Shown piece after piece: positions 63,470 through 64,000 of a DNA stretch of 64,000 nt. How positions within the stretch are numbered: the stretch's first letter is position 1; every line of letters starts with the position of its first letter. Below the pieces are notes generated by a model. That model had not been told where the DNA came from. It saw nothing but the letters and a program-made list of their open reading frames with translations, and did not search any database. The position numbers and the translations under genes are program-made. The stretch lies in the NCBI GenBank assembly GCA_002104905.1, contig MCFE01000091.1, positions 62,001-126,000 on the forward strand. Direction: 5' to 3'. This DNA is from Basidiobolus meristosporus CBS 931.73. Its lineage: Eukaryota; Fungi; Basidiobolomycota.

Positions 63470-63850
63470 AATTTACCATGTACTTGGTATAAATAGACAA
63501 CCATCATGCAGCAGTGATCCATCTGACAACTTTGTATGGGCCTTCATATTTAGGGTTAAGTGCAGATAGTTGGATTGGATCTAGTGTCATGACATATGAC
63601 CCATCTGGGAAGCTGCTGTTCCTGTGTCTTGAGGTGGATGTTGAAGTCATCTTTTGCTGTGATGTCTTACTTCTGGCACTGATAGCAGGGTAGACAATGT
63701 TGGTAAAGTACTCAAGTTAGTTCTTTAGCTTGTCTGTATTTGATTTTGCTAACTCTGTATTCTGGTAGTCTCCAAAGTGGTTGAATTTTCTTCCAAACAT
63801 CAAGGAAAATGGCATTTATCCAGGTAGAGCAGCAAATTTGGTGTTGATAA
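63470..63850 (-). mobile_element. Integrase C-terminus of a third Gypsy family (D)
   Basis: Minus-strand PFSLMFGRKFN..LEYFTNIVYPAI..FPDGSYVMTLDP..PKYEGPYKVV (GPY/F motif). Confidence 0.7.
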
Positions 63851-64000
63851 TGTTGTAAAAATTTGTATTTCTACCTAAATATTCACCTAACTTAGTTGCT
63901 TAGAGCATTACCTTCAATTCCTAGAGAATACTGACCAAATTCCTTGTGGGGATTTACTTAGAATATTTTCACCAAAATACCAGGTACCCTGAACATGAAA
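63851..64000 (+). mobile_element. Copia-A LTR, cut by the window end
   Basis: tgttgtaaaaatttgtatttctacc matches the LTR-A consensus. Confidence 0.9.

Noticed and set aside
1-64000. rRNA, tRNA, telomeric repeats, Helitron, tyrosine-recombinase or LINE RT signatures
   Set aside because: None were recognised by eye. A covariance-model or HMM scan would be needed to exclude weak relics.

Overview
This is a eukaryotic window, most likely from an early-diverging fungus (an inference from short GT-AG introns, the gene families and the transposon clades). Bases 1-~3100 are CpG-rich and hold three host genes, all on the minus strand: a TCD1/TCD2-like ThiF-family tRNA ct6A dehydratase, a small type-I membrane protein, and a secreted or GPI-like protein. 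Bases ~3340-64000 are a CpG-depleted nest of degenerate transposons in which I found no host gene. It contains two Ty1/Copia families, three Ty3/Gypsy families, several solo LTRs with resolvable target-site duplications (TSDs), CACTA/EnSpm-like transposase relics, and a PIF/Harbinger-IS5-type (DDE_Tnp_4) transposase relic. Family labels (Copia-A, LTR-B, ORF-X and so on) are my own working names. The most notable observations are: (1) a MITE/foldback family with GACTTGTTCC termini and A-N-T TSDs, including a 625-bp near-complete hairpin just downstream of a Copia LTR TATA box, plus a candidate autonomous transposase; (2) a recent 2.55-kb inverted duplication whose near-identity starts inside a pair of inverted LTRs; (3) an LTR family whose 4-bp target sites are centred on CpG; (4) a 331-bp gene-conversion-like tract between two dead Copia copies; (5) a repeated unclassified ORF split by a Gypsy element. 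All alignments and counts were done by eye, and coordinates of degenerate fragments are approximate.
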